NCBI RefSeq assembly: GCF_009914755.1
Contig: NC_060926.1
DNA: 64,000 nucleotides
From: the human T2T-CHM13v2.0 reference genome, Homo sapiens
Reading direction: 5' to 3' (one strand)
Part shown: piece by piece, positions 38,320-52,512 of the stretch
Numbering within the stretch: the first letter of the stretch is position 1
Layout of the letters: every line of letters begins with the position of its first letter
Program-made: the position numbers and the translations under genes
Notes under the pieces: generated by a model
The model's input: the letters and a program-made list of their open reading frames with translations, nothing else
What the model was told of the DNA's origin: nothing
Databases searched by the model: none

Positions 38320-38366
38320 TCACTCACACACCAAACACACACACACACACACGCACACACACTCAC
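38320..38366. repeat. Imperfect (CA)n
   Basis: Visible CA run. Confidence 0.8.
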
Positions 38367-38461
38367 ATCAAATAAAACAAAAACTACTAAAATCTCAATT
38401 ATTTCAGTCTGGTATAGAGTTTAGTCTCATATTAAAACTGAAGAACTCTCTCAAGGCATTA

Positions 38462-38698
<237 letters not shown>

Positions 38699-39346
38699 CT
38701 AAGATAGAGTCTGAGTATATGGGAAGGGAAGTTAAAATGGCCTCCTGGCCTTGGAAAGGCAGAGGACCCTGTGATTCTTTGGATCCTCAGAATTGCACCA
38801 GGTTGCACATTTTGTTGTTTACATGGCTACCTGGCTGCAGGGAACTCTGGTGATCATCATGTTGCAGCTATTACTGATGGACTGTCCACATACCTTTGGC
38901 TTCAGCAATTCTCCCTAGGGGGAAAAAGTCACTCATCTCTGCAGATTTAGCCTCCCTCAGCTCTCACAGGTAGCAGACCCATGCATCTCCGCCTTCCTCT
39001 GTCAAGGCCCCATCCCGTTGCCCCTCTCACCAAGTTCTTTCTAAGATTTATTTTTTTCTATAATAAGTGCTGGAATCTGAAGCCATTTCCCCAGAATGGA
39101 GAACAGCCTGGAAAAGTTGCAATGGGTTGAACATTTCTTCTCCCTGTGTGTCAGAGGCTCCTTATTTCTGACTGCAGTAAATCTTAGGGGTAGAGAAGAA
39201 TGTTTTCCTCTGCACTTTGGGAAAGATCTAAGAATATAGCTATCCAAATTTGGTTCTAAATATGCCAGTGTGAAAAAAAAAATGCACTCAGTAAATTTCT
39301 CTGAAAACAATAGTCTGGCTTGGGGATTATTGTCTTGCTACATAAT

Positions 39347-39409
39347 TCCCTTCCTTCCTTCCTTCCTTCCTTCCTTCCTTCCTTCCTTCCTTCCTTCCTT
39401 CCTGCCTTT

Positions 39410-39486
<77 letters not shown>

Positions 39487-39514
39487 TTCTTTCTTTCTTT
39501 TCTTCTTTCTTTCT
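39347..39514. repeat. Compound (CTTC)n-(TTTC)n microsatellite
   Basis: Directly visible ~165-bp polypyrimidine tract. Confidence 0.97.
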
Positions 39515-40029
39515 GTATGTCAAAACCCTGTTCTTCAACCTGGCCACACAAACACACACACCACACAAATCTCTGGAGCATATTAAAGATCTAGTGCTTG
39601 GAGAGGCCAAAGAAAAAGCACATTAGTAACATCCAAAATCTGACTTTTTCCAATTCCTTGTGCCTGGCACCATATTAAACTGGTCTCGAGTCTCATCGCA
39701 TCCCTGTAATATGCAAGAAAGACGTTATGTCCATCTTGCTGGGCTGAAAGGGCTAGGGTAACACCAGAAGCACAGAGACAGTGGAGTTCAGTCATTCAGC
39801 CCATGTGCACAGACAGTCAGAGGACAAGCCTGGGGGACAAGAGGCCAGGGCGGAGCCTGCGGCAATAACTGAGGCCCCTCAGAACCCTCAGAGAGGTTCA
39901 GGCAGTCCTAGGTCTGGGAGAGGAGATGTTGCTGGGGTTGGGGGTGGGAAGGAAACTTAACCGAGGCGCAAGTACTGAACCTTCATGATTGGTGTCTCTC
40001 AGAGGACAGGGAGAAAAGAACGGAAGTAG

Positions 40030-40150
40030 GAGAGGGAAAGGAGGTGCTAAAGATGAACCCAAAGCCTTGAGTCTGTGTGACTGAGGGATTGTAGAAGGGA
40101 TGGTTGAAGAGGGAACAGGTTGGGGAAGCAGATGAGTTTTGTTTCTGCAT
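40030..40150 (-). mobile_element. L2 fragment
   Basis: AAAGATGAACCCAAAGCCTTGAGTCTG..GACTG..AACAGGTTGGGGAAG..GATGAGTTTTGTTT. Confidence 0.55.
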
Positions 40151-41364
40151 GAGTTCTGTTTAGGATGCAGGGAAAAAACATCATAGATCTTTGAGGAGAC
40201 TACATACAAACAAGTGAGACTTTAACAACAATGCAACAAAGAGGTAGCATTCAGTGATGGTACAATAGGACACAAAGCAGTGTATCATTAATAATTAGGC
40301 AAGTGTTATTCACAAATGGGCAGTCATAAGAAGGGTGATAGGAACAATACTCATAGCAGCTTTTGGCATTTCTGCAGCACAAGCTGGTTTCTCTTTCTGG
40401 AATTCTTCCTCTCTTGGTCTTTACTACTTTATGACAATTCAGATTTGGAACTCATCTGTCCTTAGAATCTCTCCTATCTCCTCCTCCGATTCCCCTGGGC
40501 TATGTGAAGGATGTCTGCCCTGTGAAGTCAGCCCCCTGCTTGCCTCAACCTCTCTCATCATAAATTCCATGGGTTGGTCTCCAGTGTTAGACCACGAACT
40601 CTGAGAATAACAGTGCTGGCATTCCTCAGACTCCTAATTCCTGGGATATCATGGATGTACAGTAAATGATGCATCTGAAGCACATGAATAAATGAGTACA
40701 GTATATAGGAGTTTCCACATCCCTAGCACAAAATTCCTTATGTGCACTTCTCACTTTTGAGAAGTGGGCTTTTAACATTCCCATTTAACCAATGCAGGGA
40801 ACTAGAGAGGCCTCAGTCAATGCACACGGCCTCCAGAGGCTTCATATGTAATGATATGCTTATTTTGAAAAGATGATACATTTTTGATGCAAAGTTACAG
40901 TACTTTTAAAATAACTCTTCTGTTATTTAAAATGGGATGTTTCCATTTTTAATAATATTCTAGGTGAAGGAATCCAGATCAAGAGAACAGCAAAGGGACA
41001 GTTGAGCTTGCCCCCCTTACTCAGGCACCCAGACACAGCCAGTAGCCACTCACTGCCTGGCTCTCCTGGTCACTGCCCCTGGCAGTCCAGACATCACACT
41101 CATTGAGAGAGCTTCATGGTCCAGACCAGCCACCAGCCTGCCAAGGAGGGGCAAAGTACCATGTGCACAGTGCACAGCCGATAACAAGCAAAGTACTTAT
41201 GAACATAAGAGGAGGAGACTGTTTAAGTCACCTTGAAATGCATTGAGAGCACTGCTTTAGCTTGAGTTCAGTATCACATAAGACAATGGATGGTATTTGA
41301 TGCTTGCAGGCTATTTAGGAGGTGAAATGTATCACAGAGCAATATGTAATGCATATTTTCTTCC

Positions 41365-41790
41365 CATTCAATTGCTCATTTACTCAATAATCCATCATTG
41401 GTTACAGAATTAATTTATTTATTCACTTATTTATTTATTTAATAATATTCTTTAAACAACTACTTTATTTGTCGGACTATTTATTAATACTAAATTCTAG
41501 AGATACAGAGTAGACCTCCGTCCTCACTGAGACCCTGCCTCAGGGACTTAGGAAGAGCCTCCTAAAAGTGGAACTTAAGCTACTTTGGGGATGAATGATT
41601 GCCTGTCACCAGGCAAATAGACAAGTAGAAGAAAGATATTAGAGGAAAAGGGTGTAGGAATCCTGAGGCAGAAAGGAATGGCAGTGTATAAGGTGTCCCA
41701 GGACATTCATAGAAGGAAATAGTTCTGGAAAGGTGGGTAGAGGCAAGATCGCAGCAGGCATTGTATGGCAGATACAACTAGTTTGGATAA
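41365..41790 (-). mobile_element. L2 3' end fragment
   Basis: (TTCA/TTTA)n tail then ATTCTAGAGATACAG...GGCAAGATC..GGCATTGTATG. Confidence 0.55.
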
Positions 41791-41841
41791 AATTGGGTGA
41801 TGTGCTGCCTCACGTCACGGGGAAGTGAAAATGACCACAGT

Positions 41842-42005
41842 CAAGTGTTTCTTAACTGGGGTGCTATTGGCATTTAGGGCAAGACAGTTTTTCATTGTGT
41901 GAACTGACCCATGAATTGTAGGAACAGTACACTTCAATGGTTGAGCACCCCTCAGTTACTGTGACAACTAAAAAAAGACATGCGTATATTTTCAAATGTC
42001 TTCTC
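41842..42005. mobile_element. hAT-Charlie MITE (MER20/Charlie4-like)
   Basis: GTTTCTTAACTGGGGTGCTATTGGCATTT..GTGACAACTAAAAA..TTTCAAATGTC. Confidence 0.7.
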
Positions 42006-42339
42006 CTCCTACTTCAGAAGGGAATGGAGTATGGTCTTAGAATAAGAGGCAAATGTCTAGATGGAGGAGCTGGCTCCTTGAGGAGAAAGTAAAGGAGATG
42101 GATGGATGTAATATTTAGCTTTAGGGCCACTGGTGGGCCTGGGGGCGATTCCCGTAGGCTTCCATATTGGTGTTTAAGAGGCAGTGGGAGTCAGCTGTGA
42201 AGTTCAATCTAAGCAGGACTAGATGGAGATCTTAAGTGAAGGAGCTGGTAGGATCCAGGCAGGGTCAGGTCCCCGTCTAGGAGTCTAGGGCTCAGAAAAG
42301 AGCTGTCCCAACCTTTGAACTGGAGTGTTAGGTATGAAT

Positions 42340-42495
42340 GAACTAATGCTCAGAGTTTGGGAAAAGAGACAAGTTTTGTTTTAAACCCCAGCCCGACTGT
42401 GACTATGTGGCTCAGAGCAAGTCACTTCATCTTATGAGCTATGATTTCCTAATTTTAAACAAGAGAAGTAATATCCACCTAAGAAGGATATGTCT
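42340..42495 (+). mobile_element. MIR SINE
   Basis: TATGTGGCTCAGAGCAAGTCACTTCATCTT..GATTTCCT..AATATCCACCT. Confidence 0.6.
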
Positions 42496-42554
42496 TTGAC
42501 CTAGTTTGAATCAATATAAGGAAATTGATCACTTTCTCCAACTTAAAAGGGCCT

Positions 42555-42877
<323 letters not shown>

Positions 42878-43019
42878 TTAGTTACAAAATGTGCAATTTT
42901 CTCTTCTGAGATCTTCCATTTATTATACTGTCACCATTTACTTAGCTTTCCTACCCAAATATTTCCCATCCTCAAAGCCCAAGAGTAAGAAGCAGGGATT
43001 TATTTCCCACTTGAAAAAG

Positions 43020-43613
43020 GTTTCCACTGCTGCACAACAATTATCACAAGTTTAACAGCTTACAGCAGCACCTATTTATTATCTCGCAGTTCTATGGATT
43101 AGAAGTCTGGGTAGGCATGACTGGGTTCTCTTCTTAGGACCTTACAGTAGAGGCAAAATTAAAGTGTTGACTGGTTGGGTTCTTATCAGGAGGCTCTGGG
43201 AAAAATCCACTTCCAACGACTTTCAGGTTTTTGACAAAATCCAGTTTCTTGGAGTTATAGGTCTAAGGTAGCAATTTTTTCCCTCACTGTTGGCCTGGAT
43301 TGCCTTCAGCTCCTCTAGGCTCTCATATCCCTTATTCCGTATTCTCTGAATATGGCCTCCTCCGTTTCAAAGCAGTAATGATATATTGAGTCTTCTATGT
43401 TTCCAGTGTTTCTAAGTTCCCCTTCTGCTTGAGAGAAAGCACACTGCTGTCAAGAATTCATGAGACTGGGCCAGGCCCAGTTAGATAATTTCCACATCTT
43501 AAGGTCAACTGTACCATATAATGTAACAAAATCATGGCAGGAATGCCTCAACATACTCACAGGTTCTGGGAATTAGTATGGGATATCTATGAAGGGCCAT
43601 TCTGCCTACCACA
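43020..43613 (-). mobile_element. MLT1D/E-like MaLR LTR
   Basis: ATTTATTATCTCGCAGTTCT..GGAGGCTCTGGGAAAAATCCACTTCCAA..CTTAAGGTCAACTG..TTCTGCCTACCACA. Confidence 0.85.
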
Positions 43614-45097
43614 CCTTCTAAGTCTCAGCTTCCTACCCAGCAACCTGCCCTCTCCATAGGTAACTAACAGCAGGAATACCTATTTTTTGAGGACAGATTA
43701 CAGCTTACTCTTCAGAAGAAAGTAAGTGGTTTGAGATAGAGTTCTCAAACCTAAAGACCCAAAAAGTGCTACTTGGGATTAATTTTAATTGTTAAATAAA
43801 CCAACATTTACATCTAGATATGTGCTAATAAAAGTGCAGAATAAAATAGAGAAATTCTTCTAAGTTTGCAGAAAAAGAAAAGAAGAAATTAGTAAAGATT
43901 AGATTATCACCTAAATTCTTTTTGGCAATGTTGGATGCTAAGAATAATGGAGGAAGTTTTTTCAGAGGTATGAGATAAAATCATTTTGAAAGAAGAGTTC
44001 TAGAATTGACACACAAACTACCACTCAGATGAGAGGAAAATATAAAGATGTTCTTGGTAATGCAAGGGCTCTTAAACTCACAACTCAGAGAATCTTCCAA
44101 AAGACTTGTTTGAGCATAGATTGTATCAAAATAAATAATAAATTCAAGACAGGGAAGATATATGCTTTGTTTTGTTTTTTTAAATAGCCTTGCAAAAAAC
44201 TTAAAACAAAACCGTAACAAAGAAAGCCACATCACCAAACCCCAGCAACCGATAGAGCTTATAGTTGAAATAATTATTTTTGCATAATTAAAAAATATTT
44301 TAACATCAATCTGTACCTTAATATACAAGGAGGCTAGGGTTAGAGAGATGGGGGAAATGAAATTTTCGTAAAGCTTTTATCTTGTTGAAATAAAAGATAT
44401 AGATACTGGCTGGCTCTAGAGATTCATATGTGATCCAATGATTTAAGAGTTTTCACCAGCAAAATTTATATAGGATGTATAAACATGAAAATACTAGAGG
44501 AATAACATGAACAAAGAAAACTCAATTACTTAAAACAAAAACAGGACAGAGAAATAGAAATAAACGCTGAAAAAGCCCATCAAGTCGAAAATATCAGTGC
44601 AAAAATAAGTCCAAAGGAAATAATGAAAATGAATATGAAGGAAAGAGATCCTCAGGTTGGGTAATGGCTCTGTACTGTTTACAAGTGGCACACCTAAAAC
44701 AGAATGAAACGTAAAAGGCAAAATGTATGTTTCATTCTGTTTTAGGTGTACCATTTGTAAGTAACGTAAATTGACTCTTTCATTTGTCCCAGGTACACTG
44801 TTATAGTACAAACCCCAAAATAGCAATATTAATTTTAGGCAAGAGTGAATTTAAAGTGAGGATTTCTAAGTAAGACAATGGAGAGATAAAATATTGATAA
44901 ATAATATAATCCTTAAAAATCATGGAATCCATATGAATCATAGATTTTTAGATCTCTAACAATGTTAATCCAAAATTTGTAAAGAAAAAACTAACAAAGT
45001 AAAAGGGAAACAGACAAATCCACATTCATGTAGCTCATTTTAATGCACAGTTTTCTGAAATCAGCAGATTAAGTAAACAATAACAAAGGCTTGAGAG

Positions 45098-45320
45098 CCG
45101 AGCTTCCCAGCCCTTCCCACAGCGATGCGCCGCAGATGGGTCGCTGAAGTGCTGAGATCTTGATCCACGTGGCCATGGAGTGGCCTGGTGGGACCTGAGG
45201 CAGCCACAGCCTAAAACCAATTACCTCAGGCTTCAAGCAGCTTTGTTCATTTTCTGAGTGTGCCATACAAATAAATTTCTTTGTGAGCTGTGCTCTGACC
45301 CGAACAAATTTTAGAACAAC
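45098..45320. mobile_element. hAT-Charlie MITE (MER112-like) inserted in L1
   Basis: GAGCTTCCCAGCC start; GAGATCTTGATCC; GTGTGCCATACAAAT; GC-rich island within AT-rich L1. Confidence 0.6.
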
Positions 45321-46427
45321 TAAGGATAATTAAATATCATTAGATACATTATATGATGAAAATGTGTGAATGATATCATTATATGTATTTATATGTCTAT
45401 TTTCTATGAAACTTAGTACCAACAAACAGAAATAATATAGTTTTTATAAAACATGAGTATTCAAAAAAGACACTGTATTAGATCTTAAAGAAAATCTTAA
45501 TAAAACACAAAAAAAACCATTGAATTATTGCTGTAATGTAATAAAATCAGAAAATACATCAAAGGATGACTTACACCAAAAATTATTTATTTCATACTAA
45601 AAAATTTTTGAAACACACAATCCTGTTACTGCTTGTGCACTTTTCTGTATGTATGTTAGACTTTAATAAAAATGGCCATATAAAAGATTTTAAATAAATT
45701 TTGAATTAAAGAGAAAATTAAAATGTCTATTTAGAAATAAACTGCAATGAATGCACTTCATTTTGGAAGCTGTAAACTGTTGGCTTAGCAGTCCTTAGAT
45801 AGTCTTACTTTCATATAAAAGAAAAAAGGAAAATTGAGGATAAAATAAGTAAGCATACAATTAAAGTAAGAAAATAAATCAAAATAAATCCCCTCAGAAA
45901 AGAAGACTGCTTTGACAAAGATAAAAGCAAAAAATATGGAAATTTTTAAAGGTTATAAAAAATCCTGAATAATAAAATGAAGAAAGGGGGTTTATTTTGG
46001 AAAAAAATTGATAAGATAGGAAATCCATAACAAATTAACCCAAATTTAAAAAACAGAAAAATGAAAAAGAAAAAACATGGAGATTAGAAAATGATAATTA
46101 AAAATTATTTAAAATGATAGAGGAATAAAACATTCATTATCAGGGCAAAAATTGAAAAACTAAAAAATGTGAGTGATTTTTCTGGTAACATATAATTTAG
46201 TAAAATCACATCAATAAAAGGTAGCACACTGATCTAATAACATGGAAAAACTTTTAAAAGTAGTCAAGATCTAGCCCTATAAAAACATCCCTGTTCAGTT
46301 TGCTTTTCAAAAATAAGGTAATTCCCGTGTTGTACTGACTGACCTGGAGCACAGAAAAATAACACTTCACAGCCAATTTAATGCTATTTTGATACTAAAC
46401 CCTAAAAAAGGCTAACATACATGTGCA

Positions 46428-46430
<3 letters not shown>

Positions 46431-46461
<31 letters not shown>

Positions 46462-46468
46462 ACACACA
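46431..46468. repeat. (CA)n microsatellite
   Basis: Visible CA run. Confidence 0.93.
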
Positions 46469-49400
46469 TAATTTTGGCCAACCTCACAAACATATATGCA
46501 AAACTCAGACATAGGACACTTATAAAATAATATTTTGCATTGAATTGAAAACATAATGCACTATGAATATCTAAGGTTTCTCCCTTCCTATTATAGTTAT
46601 TGCCATATAATAACAGTTCCTCATCAGGAAAACAATTAATGAAATTCACTATTAACATATCAAAGGATAAGAGCCATGGGATCACCTTAACTGATATCAG
46701 AAGATACTCCTGACTGGCCACATGTACACATACACATACACTCCTCAGTCAGCTGATATAACAAAATAGCCTCACTCTGATAATGTGAATTGATGTAGTT
46801 GCATAAAATCCATGAAATTCATTAAATAAAATTAAAAGAAGCATAAATATTAGTAAAGAAAAAATGATATTTGCAGGCCATTTAATTATTTAGACAATAA
46901 AAACAACAAATAAGCATAAAGAACTTTGTTAGGTTGTTGGACTAAAGACCCACAAAAGTGTACAATAAATTCCAATATATAGTGATGATTACATGGAAAT
47001 TGTAGGACAAAAAGTGGAAATTATAAGGGAAATTATAATGGAAAAGCACTTCTTATTGCTATACAAATGAATTAAAACTACTTAGGGACAATCTTAACAA
47101 AAATATGCATAGCCTATGTGAAGTAAATTAGAAAACTGGCAGAGGATATAAAAAGAACACTCTAGTGGAAAACACCTAGCATTATAAAAATGTAACTTTA
47201 CCACAGATCAATGTATAAATTAAATGCAGTTCTACTCAGAATCTTAACAGGATTTTTTTTTTAGTTACTTGACAAGCTGATTCAAATGTTCATATGGGAC
47301 TGAAAGTAAATGTAACCAGTACAATTAGCTACGCAAGACTGACAACATAATAAAAACTCCAATCCTTTTCAATGTCTTAGTGGAGGTAATTTTCCTTTGG
47401 TCTTGGATGAAAACTCCAGCAGACACATAGTTTTTCTCCTTACTCTTAGATAACAGTCTAAAATTTAAGTTTCAAACAATCTCAATCCAAAAATTGGAAT
47501 ATGAAGTCCAAGATATTAAGGAGAACTCCAAAGTTGATTTAGGATTAAGTCTTCTCCCCTCCCAGAATGAATATGTCTCAGGCAAGAAGACTTCCACGGC
47601 CACTGTTTTTTATTTCTCCACCAATGCTATCCCTTCTCCTGCACTCCTGCTTGGTAAGCAGTTTCTAACCCATCAAGTTTGGAGATTGGGAGTGAGGAGT
47701 GTTAAAGAGATAAGAAAGCTCTTCCTTAAACTGGTCCCTTGCCAGCTGGCTTCACACTCTGGTGCTGGGAGATATTCACTGCACATCCCTTGAATGCTAT
47801 CTTGCAGGAGATGCTCATGGTCTAAGGACCTCACCTGCGGTTCCCAAGTCAATGACATGTAGGAGAGCATTCTAACTCTAATCTGAAAAGATGTTTCGTT
47901 TTATTTAGAAATTGATATTAATTTTACCAAATGCCTGCTTGCTGTCTATAGAGGTTATCTCACAGTTTTTCCGTCATTTTGTGAATATATTAAGTTACCT
48001 TGAGTTCCCAAAGGTGAATTACTTTTGAATAACGAAAATGAGTCTTACTTTTTCTATTTGCTGAGATTGTTCACTGACATCCATTCTGCCTTGAGTAACC
48101 TTATGGAGAATTCTCATTTTTAAATCTTGAAATACAGGGTCTGATTTGCTATTATTTATCTATCTAATATACACATATTTCCAATATATGTTTTTATTCC
48201 TGAGTATCATTGTAACATTTTGATATCAGCATTAAGCTATAAAAATAACTGAATTTTTTTTATCTCTTTGTGTGTTCTAAAAACATTTAAATAGCATAGG
48301 AATCCCAGAGGTCTATTTTATAAAATATTTTGCACTGGTGCCATTTTATGGGACTAGTTTTAGTGACAGAGTTTTAAGTGTTTTTCAAAGTTATTGGTTC
48401 ATTCAGATTTTGTTTTTCTTCATAAGCCAGTTTTGGCAATTTACATTTTCATTAAAATGTCAGAGATTTTCAAATGTATTAGCAGTCAATTATACGCAAA
48501 ATTATCTTATAATTTGTAAATCCCCTTTGAAAATGTACTTTTGGTTCCTTTTGAATTCTATTTTATCTCTTCTTTCCCTGCTATAATTTACTAGAGAATT
48601 GTCATTGTTCTTTTTTTTAAATCAATTCTCCTTTTAAAAAAATTTTAAAAAATGATTGTTGTTTTATTTTTTTCTTATTTCAATAGCTTTTGGGGTACAA
48701 GTTTTTTTTTTGTTTCGTGGATGAATTATACAGTGATAAAATCTGAGATTTTAGTGCTTTCATCATCTGAGTAGTGTACATTGTACCCAACAAGTAGTTC
48801 TTTTAATCCCTCATCCCCCTTCCACCCTTTCACTTATGAGTCTCCAAGGTTCATTATACCACTCTGTATGCCTTTGTATACCCATGGCTTAGCTCCCACT
48901 TGTAAGTGAGAACATAGGGTATTTGGTGTCTTCTTCCTGAGCTACTTCACTTAGAATAATGGCCTCTAGTTCTATGCCAGTTGTGGCAAAATACATTATT
49001 TTGTTCTTTATGGCTGAGTAGTATTCTATGGTGTATATATACCACATTTTCTATTTATCCACTCATCGGTTTATTTGCACTTAGGTTGGTTCCACATCTT
49101 TGCAATTGTGAATGGTGCTGTGATAAACATACACATGTAGAATTTTTTTTTATATAATGACTTCTTTTCCTTTGGGTAGATAGCCAGTAGTGGGATTGCT
49201 GGATGAAATGGTAGATCTACTTTCAGTTCTTTGAGAAATCCCCATTTGTTTTCCAAAGAGGTTATACTAATTTACATTCCCACCAGCAGTGTATAAGCAT
49301 TCACTTTCACCACATCCATGCCAATATCTATTGTTTTCTGATTTTTTAATAATTGCCATTGTGGCTGGGGTAAGGTGGTACTTCAGTGTGGTTTTAATTT

Positions 49401-49726
49401 GCATTTCCCTGATGATTAATGACGTTGAATATTTTTTCATATGCTTGTTGGCCATCTGTATATCTTCTTTTGAGAAGTGCCAGCTCATGTCATTTGCTCA
49501 CTTTTTGATGGGTTTATTTGTTCTTTCTTATACTGTTTTGGGCTCCCTGTAGATTCTGGATATTAGTCCTTTGTCAGATGCATAGTTTGCAAACATTTTC
49601 TCCCATTCTGTGAGTTGTCCGATTACTCTGATGATTATTTCTTTTGCATTGCAGAAGATTTTTAGTTTAATTAGGTTCCATTTATTTATTTTTGTTTTTG
49701 TTTTTGTTGCTTTTGCTTTTAGGTTC

Positions 49727-50080
49727 TGATATGGTTTGGCTGTGTCCCCACCAAAATCTCAACTTGAATTGTATCTCCCAGAATTCCTATGTGTTGCAGG
49801 AGGGACTCAGGGGGAGGAAACTGAATTATGGGGGCTAGTCTTTCCCATACTATTCTCGTGATAGTGAATAAGCCTCAATAGATCTGATGGCCTTATCAGT
49901 CGTTTCCACTTTTGCTTCTTTCTTATTATGTCTTGCCACTGCCATGTAAGAAGTGCCTTTCACCTCCCACCATGATTATGAGGCCTCCCCAGCCATATGG
50001 AACTGCAAGTTCAATTAAACCTCTTTTTCTTCCCAGTCTCGAGTATGTCTTTATCAGCAGCGTGAAAACAGACTAATATA
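49727..50080 (+). mobile_element. THE1B-like solo LTR
   Basis: TGATATGGTTTGGCTGTGTCCCCACC...CAGCAGCGTGAAAACAGACTAATATA; TSD GGTTC/GGGTC. Confidence 0.93.
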
Positions 50081-50456
50081 GGGTCTTAGTTATAAATTAT
50101 TTGCTCTTCCAGTGTCGAGAAGAGTTTTTCCTAGGTTTTCTTCTAGAATTTTTGTGGTTTCAGTTCTTAGATTTAAGTCTTTAATCCATCTTGAGTTGAT
50201 TTTTGTACGTTGTGAAAAATAGAGATCTAGTTTCATTGTTCTACATGTGGCTATTCAGTTTTCCCAACACCATTTATTGAATAAATGGTATCCTTTACCC
50301 CAATTTATGTTTTTGTATGCTTTGTCAAAGATCAGTTGGTTGGGCTTTATTTTTAGAATCTCTATTTCTAGATTAGAATACATTATTTCTAGATGCGTTA
50401 TTTCTAGATTCTATATTCTGTTCCATTGATCCATGTATCTACTTTTATCCCAGTAC

Positions 50457-50812
50457 TGATATGGTTTGGCTGTGTCCCCACCTAAATCCCACCTTGAATT
50501 GTAGTAATCCCCAGATGTCAAGGGCAGGGGCAAGTGGAGATAATTGAATCATGGATGTTGTTCCCCCATACTGTTCTCTTGGTAGTGAATAAGTCTCACG
50601 AGGTCTGATGGTTTTATAAATGGGAGTTCCCCTGTGCTAGCTCTCTTGCCTGCCACCATGTAAGATGTGACTTTGCTCTTCCTTCACCTTCTGCCAATGA
50701 TTGCGAGGACTCCCCAGCCATATGGAACTGTGAGTTCATTAAATCTCTTTCCTTTATAAATTACTCAGTCTTGGGTATGTATTTGTTAGCATCATGAAAA
50801 CAGACTAATACA
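50457..50812 (+). mobile_element. THE1C-like solo LTR
   Basis: TGATATGGTTTGGCTGTG...GAAAACAGACTAATACA; exact TSD AGTAC. Confidence 0.93.
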
Positions 50813-51968
50813 AGTACCATGCTGTTTTGGTTACTATAGTCTTGTAGTATAATTTGAAGTCAAGTAATGTCATGCCTCTAGATTTAACCTTTTCACTTAG
50901 GATTGCTTTGGCTATTTGGACTCTTTTTTGGTTCAATATGAATTTTAGACATTTTTTTCTGTGTGAAAAATGATGTTGGTATTTTGATAGGAATTACTTT
51001 GAATCTATAGATTGCTTTGGGGAATATGGTCATTTTCGCAATATCGATTCTTCAAATTCATGAGTATGGGATGTATTTCCACTTGTTTGTGTCATCTATG
51101 ATGTCTTTCAGCAGTGTTTTGTAGTTCTTGTAGAGATCTTTCACCTCCTTCATCAAGTATATTCTGAGGATTTTTTTTTTGCAGCTATTGTAAAAGGGAC
51201 CGACTTTTTGTTTTGATTCTGAGCTTGAGCACTGTTGGTGTATAGCAGTGCTACTGATTTGTGTACATTGACTTTGTAACCTGAGACTTTATTAAATTCA
51301 TGTATCAATTTAATAGTGTTTTGGAGTCTTTAGGGTTTTCTAGGTATGCAATCATATCATCAGCAAACAGATAGTTTGACATTCTGTTTTCCAGTGTGTA
51401 TGCCCTTTATTTCTTTCTCTTTCCTGATTGTTCTGGCTAGCACTTCCAGTACTATGTTGAATACAAGTGACAAAAGTAGGCATCCTTGCCTTGTTCCAGT
51501 TCTTAGGAGGAATGCTTTCAACTTTTCCCCATTCACTGTGATGATGTTGGCTGTGGGTTTGTCATATATGGCTTTTATCATTTTGAGGTATGTTCCTTCT
51601 ATGCCTAGCCTGTTGAGGGTTTTTAACATAAAGGGATTTTACTGAATGCTTCTTCTGTGTCTACTGAGATGATCATATGGTTTTTGTTTTTAATTCTGTT
51701 TATGTGGTGAATCACATTTATTGACTTGTATATGTTGAAACATCCTTGCATTCCTGGGGTGAAACTTGCCTGATAATGATGAATTATCTTTTTGATGTGC
51801 TGCTGGATTTGCTTTGCTTTCTAATTCACAATATATGATGGTTTTACCTTTATGGATCTATTATAAGTTTTTGTTTTCCTTCAGTTAACTTATTGAGCTT
51901 AATTATTATTTAATTTATTATCAGTCTTTCTTATTTAGTAATGAAAAACCTTTAAGATTATGGAGTTC

Positions 51969-52467
51969 TCAAACAAATGAACAAGAAAAAAACAAATAAT
52001 CCCATCAAAAAGTAGGGAAAAGACATAAACAGACATTTCTCAAAAGAAGATATGCAAATGGCAAAATAACAGATGAAAAAATGCTCAATATCACTAATCA
52101 TCGGGGGAATGCAAATAAAAACCACAATGAGATATCACCTTAGTCCTGCAAGAATTGCCATTATTCAAAAGTTAAAAAACAATAGATGTTGGCATGGATA
52201 CAGGGAGAAGGGAACACCTATACTATACACTGCTGTTAGGAATGTAAACTAGTACAACCTCTATGGAAAACAGTATGGGGATTCTTTAAAGAGCTAAAAG
52301 TAGTTCTGCCATTCGATACAGCAATTTCACTACTGGGTATCTACCCAAAGAAAAAGAAGTCATTATATGAAAAGGACATTGCACATTTATGTTTGTAGCA
52401 GCACAATTCGCAATTGCAAAGATATGGAACCAACCTAAGTGTCCATCAAATAATGAGTAAAGAAAAT

Positions 52468-52512
<45 letters not shown>

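Larger units (their letters stand above)
43690..47340 (+). mobile_element. Old, fragmented L1M (ORF1 end to ORF2 remnants)
   Basis: A-rich strand; L1 motifs such as ACAGACAAATCCACA, ATAAATTTAAATGCAGTTC..CAGAATC, TTGACAAGCTGATTC..AATGTTCATATGG. Confidence 0.7.
48665..51820 (-). mobile_element. L1PB (PB1-like), 5'-truncated, interrupted by two THE1 LTRs
   Basis: 3' end TTATTTCAATAGCTTTTGGGGTACAAG; ORF2 RT-like peptide [37 protein letters not shown]. Confidence 0.92.

Noticed and set aside
39270-39626. Phe/Leu/Ser- and Lys/Glu/Arg-rich ORFs
   Set aside because: Microsatellite translation.
49727-50812. THE1 LTR pair as a deleted provirus
   Set aside because: Different subfamily features and TSDs; the intervening DNA is L1 ORF2, not THE1-int.
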